The position numbers were made by a program, and so were the translations under genes. From Chitinophagales bacterium (lineage in GTDB: Bacteria; Bacteroidota; Bacteroidia; Chitinophagales; JADJOU01), in contig JBEIDU010000003.1 in NCBI GenBank assembly GCA_040383345.1, positions 8,336-72,335 of the forward strand: a stretch of 64,000 bases of DNA, written 5' to 3'. The notes under the pieces are model-generated. The model ran no database searches. It worked only from the letters and a program-made list of their open reading frames with translations, and was not told the origin of the DNA. Shown here one piece after another: positions 46,371 to 55,334 of the stretch (position 1 is its first letter; each line of letters starts with the position of its first letter).

Positions 46371-46928
46371 ATGAAGTTTTTGGTAGTAGGTCTTGGAAAT
46401 ATTGGCGAGGAATATAAATATACTAGACATAATATTGGTTTTTTGGTGCTAGATAGGATGGCGAGCAAATACAATGTTTCGTTTAAGAGCGATAGGTATG
46501 CCGATATAGCAGAATTTAGACTCAAAAACAAAAAAGTAACGCTTATCAAACCTACTACTTATATGAATTTAAGTGGGAAAGCATATAAATATTGGATCGA
46601 TAAAATAGATATTCCTATAGAGCATTCTATGGCCATAGTAGATGAATTAGCCCTTCAATTTGGGACACTTCGAATTAAAACCAATGGAAGTAGTGGCGGT
46701 CATAATGGACTAACGAATATTGAACTTGAACTCAAAACCCAAAAATATCCTCGACTTCGTTTTGGTATAGGAAATGAATTTCACAAAGGGGGACAAATAG
46801 ATTATGTTCTTGGAAAATGGAATGATGAAGAAGTTTCAAAACTTCCAGAGTATATAGATAGAACAATTGCTGCTATTGAAGAAAGTATTTTAGCTGGATT
46901 TGCAAAAGCTATGAATACGTTTAATTGA
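46371..46928 (+). CDS. pth: peptidyl-tRNA hydrolase
   Basis: 185 aa. FLVVGLGNIGEEYKYTRHNIGF, with GGHNGL. Confidence 0.95.
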   Translation: MKFLVVGLGNIGEEYKYTRHNIGFLVLDRMASKYNVSFKSDRYADIAEFRLKNKKVTLIKPTTYMNLSGKAYKYWIDKIDIPIEHSMAIVDELALQFGTLRIKTNGSSGGHNGLTNIELELKTQKYPRLRFGIGNEFHKGGQIDYVLGKWNDEEVSKLPEYIDRTIAAIEESILAGFAKAMNTFN

Positions 46929-46963
46929 TTTTTAATCCTTCTTAAATATTAAAAATTTAACTT

Positions 46964-47524
46964 CTATAGGTTTAAAATCCAAGGCAAAACCAAGTTGGCT
47001 ACTAAAAATCCCCCTATCATAAAACATATGGTAGCCACCAAGGAAGGCCATTGAAGATTGGACAAACCCATTATGGCATGACCGCTAGTACAACCTCCAG
47101 CATATCTTGTCCCAAAACCTACCATAAAACCACCAAGTACCATCATAATAAATCCTTTTATTGTCATAAGTGAGCTCCAATTAAAAAGCTGTGAAGGTAG
47201 CAATCCGTCTATTTTTGTAATACCATAAGATGCTAATTCTTTTGCTAATTCGGGATGGATATCAATAGGATTGGTATTAGATAGTAATTGACTAGCGATG
47301 ATCCCTCCAATGAATATACCTAATACAAAAAATAAATTCCATATCTCTTTTTTCCATTCATACTTGAAGAATGGAATTCCTGCCGGTATACAACTTGCAC
47401 ATATATGCCGGAGTGAGCTAGATATTCCAAAAGATTTATTTCCAATAATCAAAAGAATAGGAACTGTAAGTCCTATTATGGGGCCTGCAATGTACCAAGG
47501 CCATGGGTTTGTGATAAATTCCAT
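46964..47524 (-). CDS. YeeE/YedE-family sulfur-compound channel, half-size form
   Basis: 186 aa with 4-5 helices and the hallmark GFGTRYAGGCTSGH. There is a second Cys cluster, HICASC. Confidence 0.88.
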   Translation of the reverse strand: MEFITNPWPWYIAGPIIGLTVPILLIIGNKSFGISSSLRHICASCIPAGIPFFKYEWKKEIWNLFFVLGIFIGGIIASQLLSNTNPIDIHPELAKELASYGITKIDGLLPSQLFNWSSLMTIKGFIMMVLGGFMVGFGTRYAGGCTSGHAIMGLSNLQWPSLVATICFMIGGFLVANLVLPWILNL

Positions 47525-47527
47525 ATT

Positions 47528-48223
47528 TTATTTCAATAAATTTCTAAGTTCTAATTCGTTCAATTCTTTGTTAAATGTATTTATTTTCTCACTATTTTTA
47601 TACACAATAATAACGGGCAATGCTTCGATTTTTTCTGATTTCACTAATTTTTTTGATTTATCTACATCAATTCTTAGGATCTTGACCTCTGGATGATTTT
47701 CGGCTTCAATTTTTTCAAAAATAGGTTTCATACGCATGCATGGCGCACACCATGACGCAAAGAAGTCTACAAGTAGAATTTGATTTTCAGAGGCCATTTT
47801 TTGAATGGTTTCCATGGTGTATTCGTCTTGAGAAGAAGCTGTTCCTATAGGAAAAGCACTTTCCCATGCCATCATACCCCCTTTTAATTCATATACTTTT
47901 TTAAATCCTTTCTCTTGCAATAATTGACTTGCATTGGCACTTCGTCCACCTGATTTGCAATAAATAAATATAGGTATTGTCTTATCTAATGCTTCAATTT
48001 TTGACTCAAAATCTGCATCGTAAATATTTATGTTTTGTGCTTGAGGAATATTACCTTCATTGAATTCTTCAGGCGTTCTAACGTCGATAATTTGTTTCTT
48101 TTCGGTTTGCTCAAGTCTACTTACAAAGCTATTTATATCTAAAAGTTCATACCCTTTTGAGTTTTTTTGAGCACATGAACATAAAAATGTCGAAAGAATG
48201 GTGAATAATAATGCTTTTTTCAT
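47528..48223 (-). CDS. lipoprotein with fused rhodanese and thioredoxin domains
   Basis: 231 aa. Lipobox LSTFLCSC, rhodanese active loop CKSGGRS, then a thioredoxin fold with WCAPC. Confidence 0.9.
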   Translation of the reverse strand: MKKALLFTILSTFLCSCAQKNSKGYELLDINSFVSRLEQTEKKQIIDVRTPEEFNEGNIPQAQNINIYDADFESKIEALDKTIPIFIYCKSGGRSANASQLLQEKGFKKVYELKGGMMAWESAFPIGTASSQDEYTMETIQKMASENQILLVDFFASWCAPCMRMKPIFEKIEAENHPEVKILRIDVDKSKKLVKSEKIEALPVIIVYKNSEKINTFNKELNELELRNLLK

Positions 48224-48228
48224 TGCGA

Positions 48229-48531
48229 TTAGTTTGAATGCTTTTTTATTAAATCATATAACTCATTAGTATCTACAACCCCCGAATGCCTCCAAAGCAT
48301 CTCTCCTTTTTTATATAACATGAGAGTTGGGATACTTCTAATTTGGAGAAAAGAAGATAAATCCTGATTTTTTTCAGTGTCAATTTTGACAATGGTTGCT
48401 TCTTCTCCTATTTTTTCTTTTAGTTGCATCAAAATAGGTTTCATGGCTTGACAAGGTCCGCACCAGTCTGCATAAAAGTCTAATAATACAGGCTTTTCGC
48501 TATTTATTAAATTTTGGAATTTATCGTTCAT
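48229..48531 (-). CDS. thioredoxin
   Basis: 100 aa with no signal peptide. It has the canonical WCGPC motif and the cis-Pro block IRSIPTLMLY. Confidence 0.93.
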   Translation of the reverse strand: MNDKFQNLINSEKPVLLDFYADWCGPCQAMKPILMQLKEKIGEEATIVKIDTEKNQDLSSFLQIRSIPTLMLYKKGEMLWRHSGVVDTNELYDLIKKHSN

Positions 48532-48537
48532 AAATAT

Positions 48538-48777
48538 TTATTTTACGTCTTCGTATATTATTTCTTGAGCGTTTTCTTGGGTATTTTTGTTTTTAGGAGT
48601 TATTACGCATGCATCACCACAGCATCTTATGTTGAATAATGAAAGTAGTGTGAAAAGTAACCCAAGTATACCTAAAGATTTATCTCCAATCGAAAAGCCT
48701 TGATATATAATTCCTGAGCCAATTATCAGTCGTAAAACACGTATCATATTCCAGTTTTGTAATAAAATAGACATCAT
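48538..48777 (-). CDS. small two-helix membrane protein, DUF2892 (YgaP C-terminal)-like, with a Cys-rich tail
   Basis: 79 aa. MIRVLRLIIGSGIIYQGF...LGILGLLFTLLSLF, then RCCGDAC. The family call is from pattern memory. Confidence 0.55.
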   Translation of the reverse strand: MMSILLQNWNMIRVLRLIIGSGIIYQGFSIGDKSLGILGLLFTLLSLFNIRCCGDACVITPKNKNTQENAQEIIYEDVK

Positions 48778-48791
48778 ATTCTAAATTTTTA

Positions 48792-48799
48792 CAAAAATA
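48792..48799 (-). promoter_or_regulatory. -7 promoter box for the DUF2892-Trx-rhodanese/Trx-YeeE operon
   Basis: Plus-strand caaaaata is TATTTTTG on the minus strand, 14 nt upstream of the start at 48777. Confidence 0.55.
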
Positions 48800-48854
48800 A
48801 TTAAAACCATTATTTAATAACGTATCAATTGTTACACAAAGAATAGTTAATGTA

Positions 48855-51809
48855 TTATTCTTTGATTATTTTGAATTTATCGGTGTAGGAGTCAATTTGA
48901 ACTTCAATGAAATAGATCCCTTTCGCAATATTTTCTTGATTCCATTCAATGGTATTGCTTCCAGTTCCTAATTTTTCATTCTTTTCATTTATCAATTTTC
49001 CATTAATATCAAACAATCGGAACGTAGCTATTTTACTCACTTGACTTTCTAGTTTTATAAAGAAATTACGAGTAAATGGATTTGGATAAATTTCTATTTG
49101 TTGCAATCCATTTTTTTCTAAAATAGATGATACACACTTGATTACATTTACATTTAAAGAGAGGGTGTCTTTACAATTATTTATAGGTTCTATGTATATA
49201 TATTGTACTGTATATATGCCACTTGAAAGTTGTTCTACGCTGAATTTATTTCCAGTAACTCCTGTTCCAAAGAATTTGCCTCCCACGGGTGTAGCTACTA
49301 GTGTCACAGGAATGGTTGGGCAATTATAAGAAGGGGCCAAAGATTTAAATTGTAAATTAGATTTTTCAATAACTTTTACAGTAGTATTGAGCGTGTCTTT
49401 ACAGCCAAATTCGTTAGATACTTCTACTGTATAATCTGTTGAAACTTTTGGAAATACATTAATCGTACTAGCAGAAGAGGCAGCTCCTTGAGTCCATAAG
49501 TAACTTACTCCACCTGTAGCGGTTAGTTGGGCTTTTTCACCATCACAAATAATCGCATCATTTACGTTTCCTATAGGTTTTGGCTTAACTACCAATTCCG
49601 CGTATTCTGTTTTTTGACATTTTTCTAAGCTGGTTACTTTTACAGCATATTTTACAGTTTTTATACCTACAGCATTCACTTGATTTGAAGTACCTAATGT
49701 TCCCCAGTCTATGGAAGTACCTGCAGGAGCAATTACTCCTAAGGTACCAGTTTCGCCAAAACATACCGTATCATTTGTAGTGCTAATATCAAAATTTGGT
49801 TTCACCTCTAGTCTAAATTGAGCAGTGTCTTTACAATTCTTATCCGATGTTCCTATAACTTGGAATTGCTTTGAAATAGAAGTAACAATATTTCTAACAG
49901 AATCGGTATTATTGTCATCCCATTTATATGATTTAGCCCCGTTCGCAAATAGTATGGCACTATCGCCAATACATACTACATCTTTGAATTTATTGGAATA
50001 AATTATAATATTTGGTTGAGGATTTACTATCACTGGAATTGTAAATGTATTCATACATTTATTTGCATCGGTACCTGTAACTTTATAAATAGTTGTAATT
50101 AGAGGAGAAACCGCTTTTAACTGTCCAGTCCCTATGCTTCCCCAATTATAGGTTAATGCTCCCGTAGCAACTAGAGTATCTGATTCATACTTACAAATTC
50201 CATTAGGACGATTTTGTACAGCACTAACATTTGGAAGTGCATTTACTTTTAAATATGTTGAGTCTAGTTTTCTACATCCTTGATATCCAAGGTAGTATTT
50301 ATAAATTCCAGTTTGATTGATATTATTCCCCAAAATATTAACCACTGGAGTTGTTTTTGTAGAATCATATAGCCATTGGTAGCTAAATCCATTAGCATGC
50401 GTTTGTCCAATAATTGCAGTATCATTTATGCAGACGGTATCTTTTATGGCGCTATAAAGTGGTAATTGAACACTTCTTATACTTACATCTCCCTTTTTAA
50501 TACAATTATTGCTAGTGTTGATAGCTGTTGCCGTATATGTCTTGGTGCTATCTCCAACTGTTTTAGAGGTGCCTGCGCTATTATCTGGGCTCCATATTAC
50601 TGTATTTGCATTAGTGGTTACATTCAGTTGAACAGATTGCCCATTGCATAAAGTAGTATCACGAGGCATAATTAAAGTTGGTAATGGATGAAGCTCTATA
50701 CTATAAGTACTAGTTTTTTCGCATTTTCCTCTGGTAATGGTTACTTGAACATTGCTATTAGATCCAAATAAAATATTAGTAGAGTCATTTTCATCTTGAT
50801 TTTCCCATAATATTCTATGTGGATTTTGCGAAAAACTATCTACAACTAATAATGTAGAATCGCCAAGACATACTTTATTAAATCGTTTGCTAAAGGTAGG
50901 ATGCTGATATACCCAAATGGTTTTTTTTAGGGTATCATTTCCTCTTTTTTGGTCATCGGGATGATATACGATTGCATGAAATTCGAGTGGCTCATCAGTA
51001 TTAAAAGTCATTTCACCTATATTTACGGTTAATGATGTTTTATCCAATATTGTAGTAGGTATATCTTTTCGTATTGAGTCTATCAAGACCCCATTTCTAA
51101 ATACATTCATTTTTGCATAAGCACCTAGCATAGGTTGATTTCCTAAATTGTTAATTTTAACAGTCATCGGAATTTTCTTATCGCCACAAAAAGCAACAGT
51201 ATCTGGCTCTATGATAGGGTCAACTGATAAGTCAAACTCTTTTTCGCCAAGAAAAATAGTATAGTCTTCAACTTCACCAAATGAAAAATTCATAACTGTA
51301 CAGCCATTGTGAGTATTGCCTGCAAAATTTTCATAAGCAGATACTCTCATTAGGGTAGTAGATCCATAAGCAACCCCAACTTGTGGCAATGTTAATGTAA
51401 ATGGAAAGTCTGTCCCAGGGGCGTTTGGAAAAGGCAAAGTGTTTGGAGTAGCTACCAATCTTTCGGTTAATTGAAATACTTTATCATTATTTAAATCAAT
51501 AAAAACAGAAATCCCGGCTGGCCATGCAGTAAATCCCCCGTCACAATCATATCCATTTATAACCATATTGTATGTTTGTCCGGGTATTAATTGTGTAATT
51601 ATGTTTGTAAAATTTGAATAGCCTACACAATTTGTGGAGACATTATTTAAGTTAGTACCTAAGATTTGAACCCTTCCAATTTTTTCGTCAATTGCAGAGG
51701 CTGGTGTAGGTAAAACTCCCCCACAATATAATAAAGGATTTGCTGGAGCTTGACCAAACAATGAAATAATTGCTGTATACAAAAACAATAAGGTAAAAAT
51801 TTTCTTCAT
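48855..51809 (-). CDS. T9SS-secreted multi-domain surface protein (GEVED + CARDB-like + repeated Cys-containing Ig-like modules + type A CTD)
   Basis: 984 aa with a signal peptide. The GEVED motif is FSFGEVEDYTIF. About 8 modules each carry C-x-G-(D/E)-x-x-x-L...Y-x-W (for example VCIGDSAILFANGAKSYKW and ICDGEKAQLTATGGVSYLW). The C-terminal sorting domain is IEIYPNPFTRNFFIKLES...GIYFIEVQIDSYTDKFKIIKE. Confidence 0.9.
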   Translation of the reverse strand: MKKIFTLLFLYTAIISLFGQAPANPLLYCGGVLPTPASAIDEKIGRVQILGTNLNNVSTNCVGYSNFTNIITQLIPGQTYNMVINGYDCDGGFTAWPAGISVFIDLNNDKVFQLTERLVATPNTLPFPNAPGTDFPFTLTLPQVGVAYGSTTLMRVSAYENFAGNTHNGCTVMNFSFGEVEDYTIFLGEKEFDLSVDPIIEPDTVAFCGDKKIPMTVKINNLGNQPMLGAYAKMNVFRNGVLIDSIRKDIPTTILDKTSLTVNIGEMTFNTDEPLEFHAIVYHPDDQKRGNDTLKKTIWVYQHPTFSKRFNKVCLGDSTLLVVDSFSQNPHRILWENQDENDSTNILFGSNSNVQVTITRGKCEKTSTYSIELHPLPTLIMPRDTTLCNGQSVQLNVTTNANTVIWSPDNSAGTSKTVGDSTKTYTATAINTSNNCIKKGDVSIRSVQLPLYSAIKDTVCINDTAIIGQTHANGFSYQWLYDSTKTTPVVNILGNNINQTGIYKYYLGYQGCRKLDSTYLKVNALPNVSAVQNRPNGICKYESDTLVATGALTYNWGSIGTGQLKAVSPLITTIYKVTGTDANKCMNTFTIPVIVNPQPNIIIYSNKFKDVVCIGDSAILFANGAKSYKWDDNNTDSVRNIVTSISKQFQVIGTSDKNCKDTAQFRLEVKPNFDISTTNDTVCFGETGTLGVIAPAGTSIDWGTLGTSNQVNAVGIKTVKYAVKVTSLEKCQKTEYAELVVKPKPIGNVNDAIICDGEKAQLTATGGVSYLWTQGAASSASTINVFPKVSTDYTVEVSNEFGCKDTLNTTVKVIEKSNLQFKSLAPSYNCPTIPVTLVATPVGGKFFGTGVTGNKFSVEQLSSGIYTVQYIYIEPINNCKDTLSLNVNVIKCVSSILEKNGLQQIEIYPNPFTRNFFIKLESQVSKIATFRLFDINGKLINEKNEKLGTGSNTIEWNQENIAKGIYFIEVQIDSYTDKFKIIKE

Positions 51810-51940
51810 ATCTATTCTTTTTAGGAGAATTTGGGGGTAAAGTTAGACATTTTTTTTGAATTTGTGGAAAAAAAGTTTAAATGGTAGAAAAAACTTATTT
51901 GTGGTAGAAAAATGTATAGTTTTACATATAAATTTTAAAG

Positions 51941-52372
51941 ATGATAATTAGAAAAGGATATGAAGCTGATTTTGAAGCTGTTTTAGAAATGATAAAAGAG
52001 CTAGCACTTTTTGAGAGAGAACCCGATGCGGTAATTAATACCGTAGAGAGAATGCATGAAGAAAAAGATTATTTTCAATTTTATGTAGCCGAAATTGATG
52101 GAAAAATTGTAGGTATGGCACTCTATTTCTTTGCGTATTATACATGGGTAGGTAAGAGTTTGTATCTAGATGACTTGTATGTAAAACCCGAATATAGAGG
52201 TATGAATATTGGCAAGGCATTGCTAGAAAAAATAATTGAAGTAGCCAAGGAAGAAAAATGCAAGCGAATGCGATGGCAGGTGTTAGATTGGAATTCAAAA
52301 GCCATTGAATTCTACAAAAAAATGAATGCATCGCTGAGCCAAGAATGGATCAATTGCGATTTACATTTTTAA
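51941..52372 (+). CDS. GNAT-family N-acetyltransferase
   Basis: 143 aa. Acetyl-CoA-binding block YRGMNIGKALLEKIIEVAKEE (Q/RxxGxG/A type). Confidence 0.88.
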   Translation: MIIRKGYEADFEAVLEMIKELALFEREPDAVINTVERMHEEKDYFQFYVAEIDGKIVGMALYFFAYYTWVGKSLYLDDLYVKPEYRGMNIGKALLEKIIEVAKEEKCKRMRWQVLDWNSKAIEFYKKMNASLSQEWINCDLHF

Positions 52373-52386
52373 TGATTAATTTGGGT

Positions 52387-53415
52387 TTATAAGACTTCGC
52401 CTTTGAATTGTTGCAAAAATCGAGTATCGTTTTGCCAAAAAAGACGAATATCGTTAATTTGATATTGTAGCATAGCAATACGTTCTATCCCCATCCCAAA
52501 TGCAAATCCATTGTATTTAGCTGTGTCGATATTACAGTTTTTGAGCACATTAGGGTCTACCATACCGCAGCCTCCTATCTCTACCCAGCCTGTTTTTTTA
52601 CATACATTACATCCTTTTTGGTTGCATATAAAACATGAAATATCTATCTCAGCACTCGGTTCGGTAAAAGGAAAAAATGAAGGACGGAAACGAACATTTT
52701 CACTGCCAAACATTTCTTTTGCAAAATAATAAATAACTTGTTTTAAATCGGCAAATGAAACGCCTTCATCTATATATAATCCTTCCACTTGATGAAAGGT
52801 ACAGTGTGCTCGTGCCGAGATGGTTTCATTTCTAAAAACTCGACCTGGGGTAATGATTCTCAAAGGTAATTTTTCATTTTCCAAAGAACGAATTTGAGTG
52901 CTGGAAGTATGTGTGCGAAGCAAATATTCTTTGTCTTCTGTCAGAAAAAAGGTATCTTGCATATCACGAGCAGGATGGTCTTTTGGGGTGTTTAGCGCTG
53001 TAAAATTATGCCAGTCATCTTCTATTTCAGGACCTTCGGCAACTACAAATCCAATTCGCTCAAAAATACTAACAATTTTTCTTCTGACTAGGGTTATGGG
53101 GTGAGCAGTTCCTACATTTTTTTTGAATGCAGTAGCTGATATATCTATGTTTTTTGAAGCTTTTCTAGGTTGATGTTCAAATAAATCTTTAGATGCTTGC
53201 CATTTTTCCTCGGCCAATTTTTTAACTTCATTTACAGCCTGTCCATATATTTTTTTTTCTTCTACAGGCAAGCTTCCCATTAAGGACATGGCCTCTTTCA
53301 TTTTGCCTTTTGTTCCTAAAAATTCAATACGAAACGCCTCTAATTCGTTGGCATTATTTATGTTATATGTATTTATTTCGCTTTTTAAGACTTCTAAAGA
53401 GGATTTCCAGCTCAC
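52387..53415 (-). CDS. pheS: phenylalanine--tRNA ligase alpha subunit
   Basis: 342 aa. Class II motifs HPARDMQDTFF, FRNETISARAHCTFHQVEG and GFAFGMGIERIAML. Confidence 0.97.
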   Translation of the reverse strand: MSWKSSLEVLKSEINTYNINNANELEAFRIEFLGTKGKMKEAMSLMGSLPVEEKKIYGQAVNEVKKLAEEKWQASKDLFEHQPRKASKNIDISATAFKKNVGTAHPITLVRRKIVSIFERIGFVVAEGPEIEDDWHNFTALNTPKDHPARDMQDTFFLTEDKEYLLRTHTSSTQIRSLENEKLPLRIITPGRVFRNETISARAHCTFHQVEGLYIDEGVSFADLKQVIYYFAKEMFGSENVRFRPSFFPFTEPSAEIDISCFICNQKGCNVCKKTGWVEIGGCGMVDPNVLKNCNIDTAKYNGFAFGMGIERIAMLQYQINDIRLFWQNDTRFLQQFKGEVL

Positions 53416-53497
53416 AGATTATAGATTTTGAACTGCAAAGTTTCATTTTTTTTTTCAAATGATTTTAAAAAAAAATATTGGAATTAAAAAAATGCTT

Positions 53498-53505
53498 TAT
53501 TTTTG
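53498..53505 (+). promoter_or_regulatory. -7 promoter box for rho (long leader)
   Basis: TATTTTTG, 179 nt upstream of ATG 53685. It is the only perfect plus-strand box in the 269-bp pheS-rho spacer. Confidence 0.5.
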
Positions 53506-53684
53506 CCACATATTATACCAAAGAAGCTTTCGAATTTATTTGATATACACCTTCAAAGATTTAAAAGTTTTCCCAAAAAGTCAATCACAATTACTTTCAT
53601 TTTTGAAATATATTTATTAAAAAATTCATTATTATTTATTGAAAAACAAATCAACGTTTTTTGAAACAATTAATTTAATTTACC

Positions 53685-55271
53685 ATGAAGGAAGTCAACA
53701 AAGAAGAAAATTTGGAGAACGAAAAACCAAAAAGGAAACGTATCTCAAAACCTGAAGAAACCAATAAGTTAGAAGATGTAGTAGAAGAGGCTCCAAAAAA
53801 AATTGTTCTAAAAGAGAAGAAAAAAATCAATGAAGTTGAAGATATTTCAAAAATTTCAGAAGTTGAATCATTATCTCTAACGGAGGATGTCTCCGAAGTC
53901 ATTAATTCAGATTTCAATAAAGATAAAATGGGAAAGAAGCCCTTCAAACCCAATATTAAAGGTTCTAAAAAGAAACAAGAATCAGATCTTTTTAGGGTAT
54001 CTGAAGATGAGATGGATAACGAAATTATGCCAGCTAATGAAGTAGAGCAACCTTTAGTAGTGATAGAGCAGTCGCAATCTGAGGTTTTTACCCCTATTCA
54101 AGAAGTTCAAGCGAATCCAAATGAGATGAAAAATCAAATATTGGCCGAATTGGAAGGGATTGTAAATTGTGAGGGGGTTCTGGAAATTACTAATGAAAAT
54201 TTTGGTTTTTTACGTTCAGCTAATTATAATTATTTGCCTTCGCCAGATGATGTATACGTAGCGCCTTCACAAATACGTGCTTTTGGACTCAAAACAGGTG
54301 ATACTGTAGTAGGACCTATTCGTCCCCCAAAGGAAGGAGAGCGCTATTTTGCCCTTCAAAAAGCATTATATATCAATGGAAAAACGGTAGAAAAGATGCG
54401 TGATCGCGTCCCTTTTGATTATTTGACGCCATTATTTCCTTTTGAAAAATTAAAGCTATCTGTAGACGGGGATTCTAAAAATGTAATAGGGCGTCTTGTC
54501 GATTTATTCACACCTATAGGAAAAGGACAGCGAGGAATGATTGTAGCGCAGCCAAAAACAGGTAAAACTACAGTATTAAAAGATATTGCTAACTCTATTG
54601 CTGCCAATCATCCCGAGGTTTATCTTATCGTATTGCTAATAGATGAAAGACCTGAAGAGGTAACCGATATGATACGAAGTGTAAATGCAGAAGTAGTTGC
54701 TTCTACATTTGATGAGCCTGCTGAGCGTCACGTTCGTATTTCTAATATTGTACTTCAAAAAGCAAAAAGACTTGTAGAAAGTGGGCATGATGTAGTGATT
54801 CTTTTGGATTCAATTACACGTCTTGCTCGTGCATACAATACGGTAGCGCCTTCTTCTGGAAAAGTGCTTTCGGGTGGAGTAGAGGCCAATGCTATGCAAA
54901 AACCTAAACAATTTTTTGGAGCCGCTCGAAAAATTGAAAATGGAGGTTCGCTTACTATAATTGCTACAGCATTGATAGATACAGGTTCTAGAATGGATGA
55001 GGTAATTTTTGAAGAGTTCAAAGGAACAGGTAATTTAGAACTTCAATTGGATAGAAAATTGGCAAATAAACGTATTTACCCAGCTATTGATATTGTTCAG
55101 TCATCTACTCGAAGAGATGATTTATTGCTTGATAGAGAAGTATTACAACGTGTTCAAATTCTTCGTCAACAAATGGCAGATATGAATACCGATGAAGCGA
55201 TGCAGTTTGTCCTTAAACATATGCGTGGCACCAAAAATAATGAAGAGTTTTTGACGAGTATGAATAGCTAA
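53685..55271 (+). CDS. rho: transcription termination factor Rho with a ~150-aa charged N-terminal extension
   Basis: 528 aa. OB/CSD block [15 protein letters not shown]...[16 protein letters not shown], Walker A AQPKTGKT, Walker [11 protein letters not shown], and the Q and R loops ([12 protein letters not shown]). Residues 1-150 are Lys/Glu/Ser-rich. Confidence 0.97.
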   Translation: MKEVNKEENLENEKPKRKRISKPEETNKLEDVVEEAPKKIVLKEKKKINEVEDISKISEVESLSLTEDVSEVINSDFNKDKMGKKPFKPNIKGSKKKQESDLFRVSEDEMDNEIMPANEVEQPLVVIEQSQSEVFTPIQEVQANPNEMKNQILAELEGIVNCEGVLEITNENFGFLRSANYNYLPSPDDVYVAPSQIRAFGLKTGDTVVGPIRPPKEGERYFALQKALYINGKTVEKMRDRVPFDYLTPLFPFEKLKLSVDGDSKNVIGRLVDLFTPIGKGQRGMIVAQPKTGKTTVLKDIANSIAANHPEVYLIVLLIDERPEEVTDMIRSVNAEVVASTFDEPAERHVRISNIVLQKAKRLVESGHDVVILLDSITRLARAYNTVAPSSGKVLSGGVEANAMQKPKQFFGAARKIENGGSLTIIATALIDTGSRMDEVIFEEFKGTGNLELQLDRKLANKRIYPAIDIVQSSTRRDDLLLDREVLQRVQILRQQMADMNTDEAMQFVLKHMRGTKNNEEFLTSMNS

Positions 55272-55303
55272 TTCGTCCGAAAATTTTCTTAATATTATAA
55301 AAA

Positions 55304-55334
55304 AAGCGCTTCATTCTTTTAGAAGCGCTTTTTA
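55304..55334 (+). terminator. intrinsic terminator after rho
   Basis: 9-bp stem aagcgcttc (55304-55312) / gaagcgctt (55322-55330) with a 9-nt loop. An A-run precedes it and ttt follows it. Confidence 0.7.

Noticed and set aside
46928-46960. A 9-bp all-A/T inverted repeat (atttttaat ... attaaaaat) between the convergent pth and YeeE genes, and a 6-bp A/T hairpin at 27949-27963 after purN.
   Set aside because: The stems contain only A-T pairs and would be very weak. They are not reported as terminators.
47298-47696. 132-aa plus-strand ORF antisense to the YeeE and rhodanese-thioredoxin genes. Similar antisense ORFs occur at 8186-9437, 13380-14074, 21127-21971 and 62577-62989.
   Set aside because: Each lies entirely within, and opposite to, a gene with strong family motifs. 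These are typical chance ORFs of an AT-rich genome.
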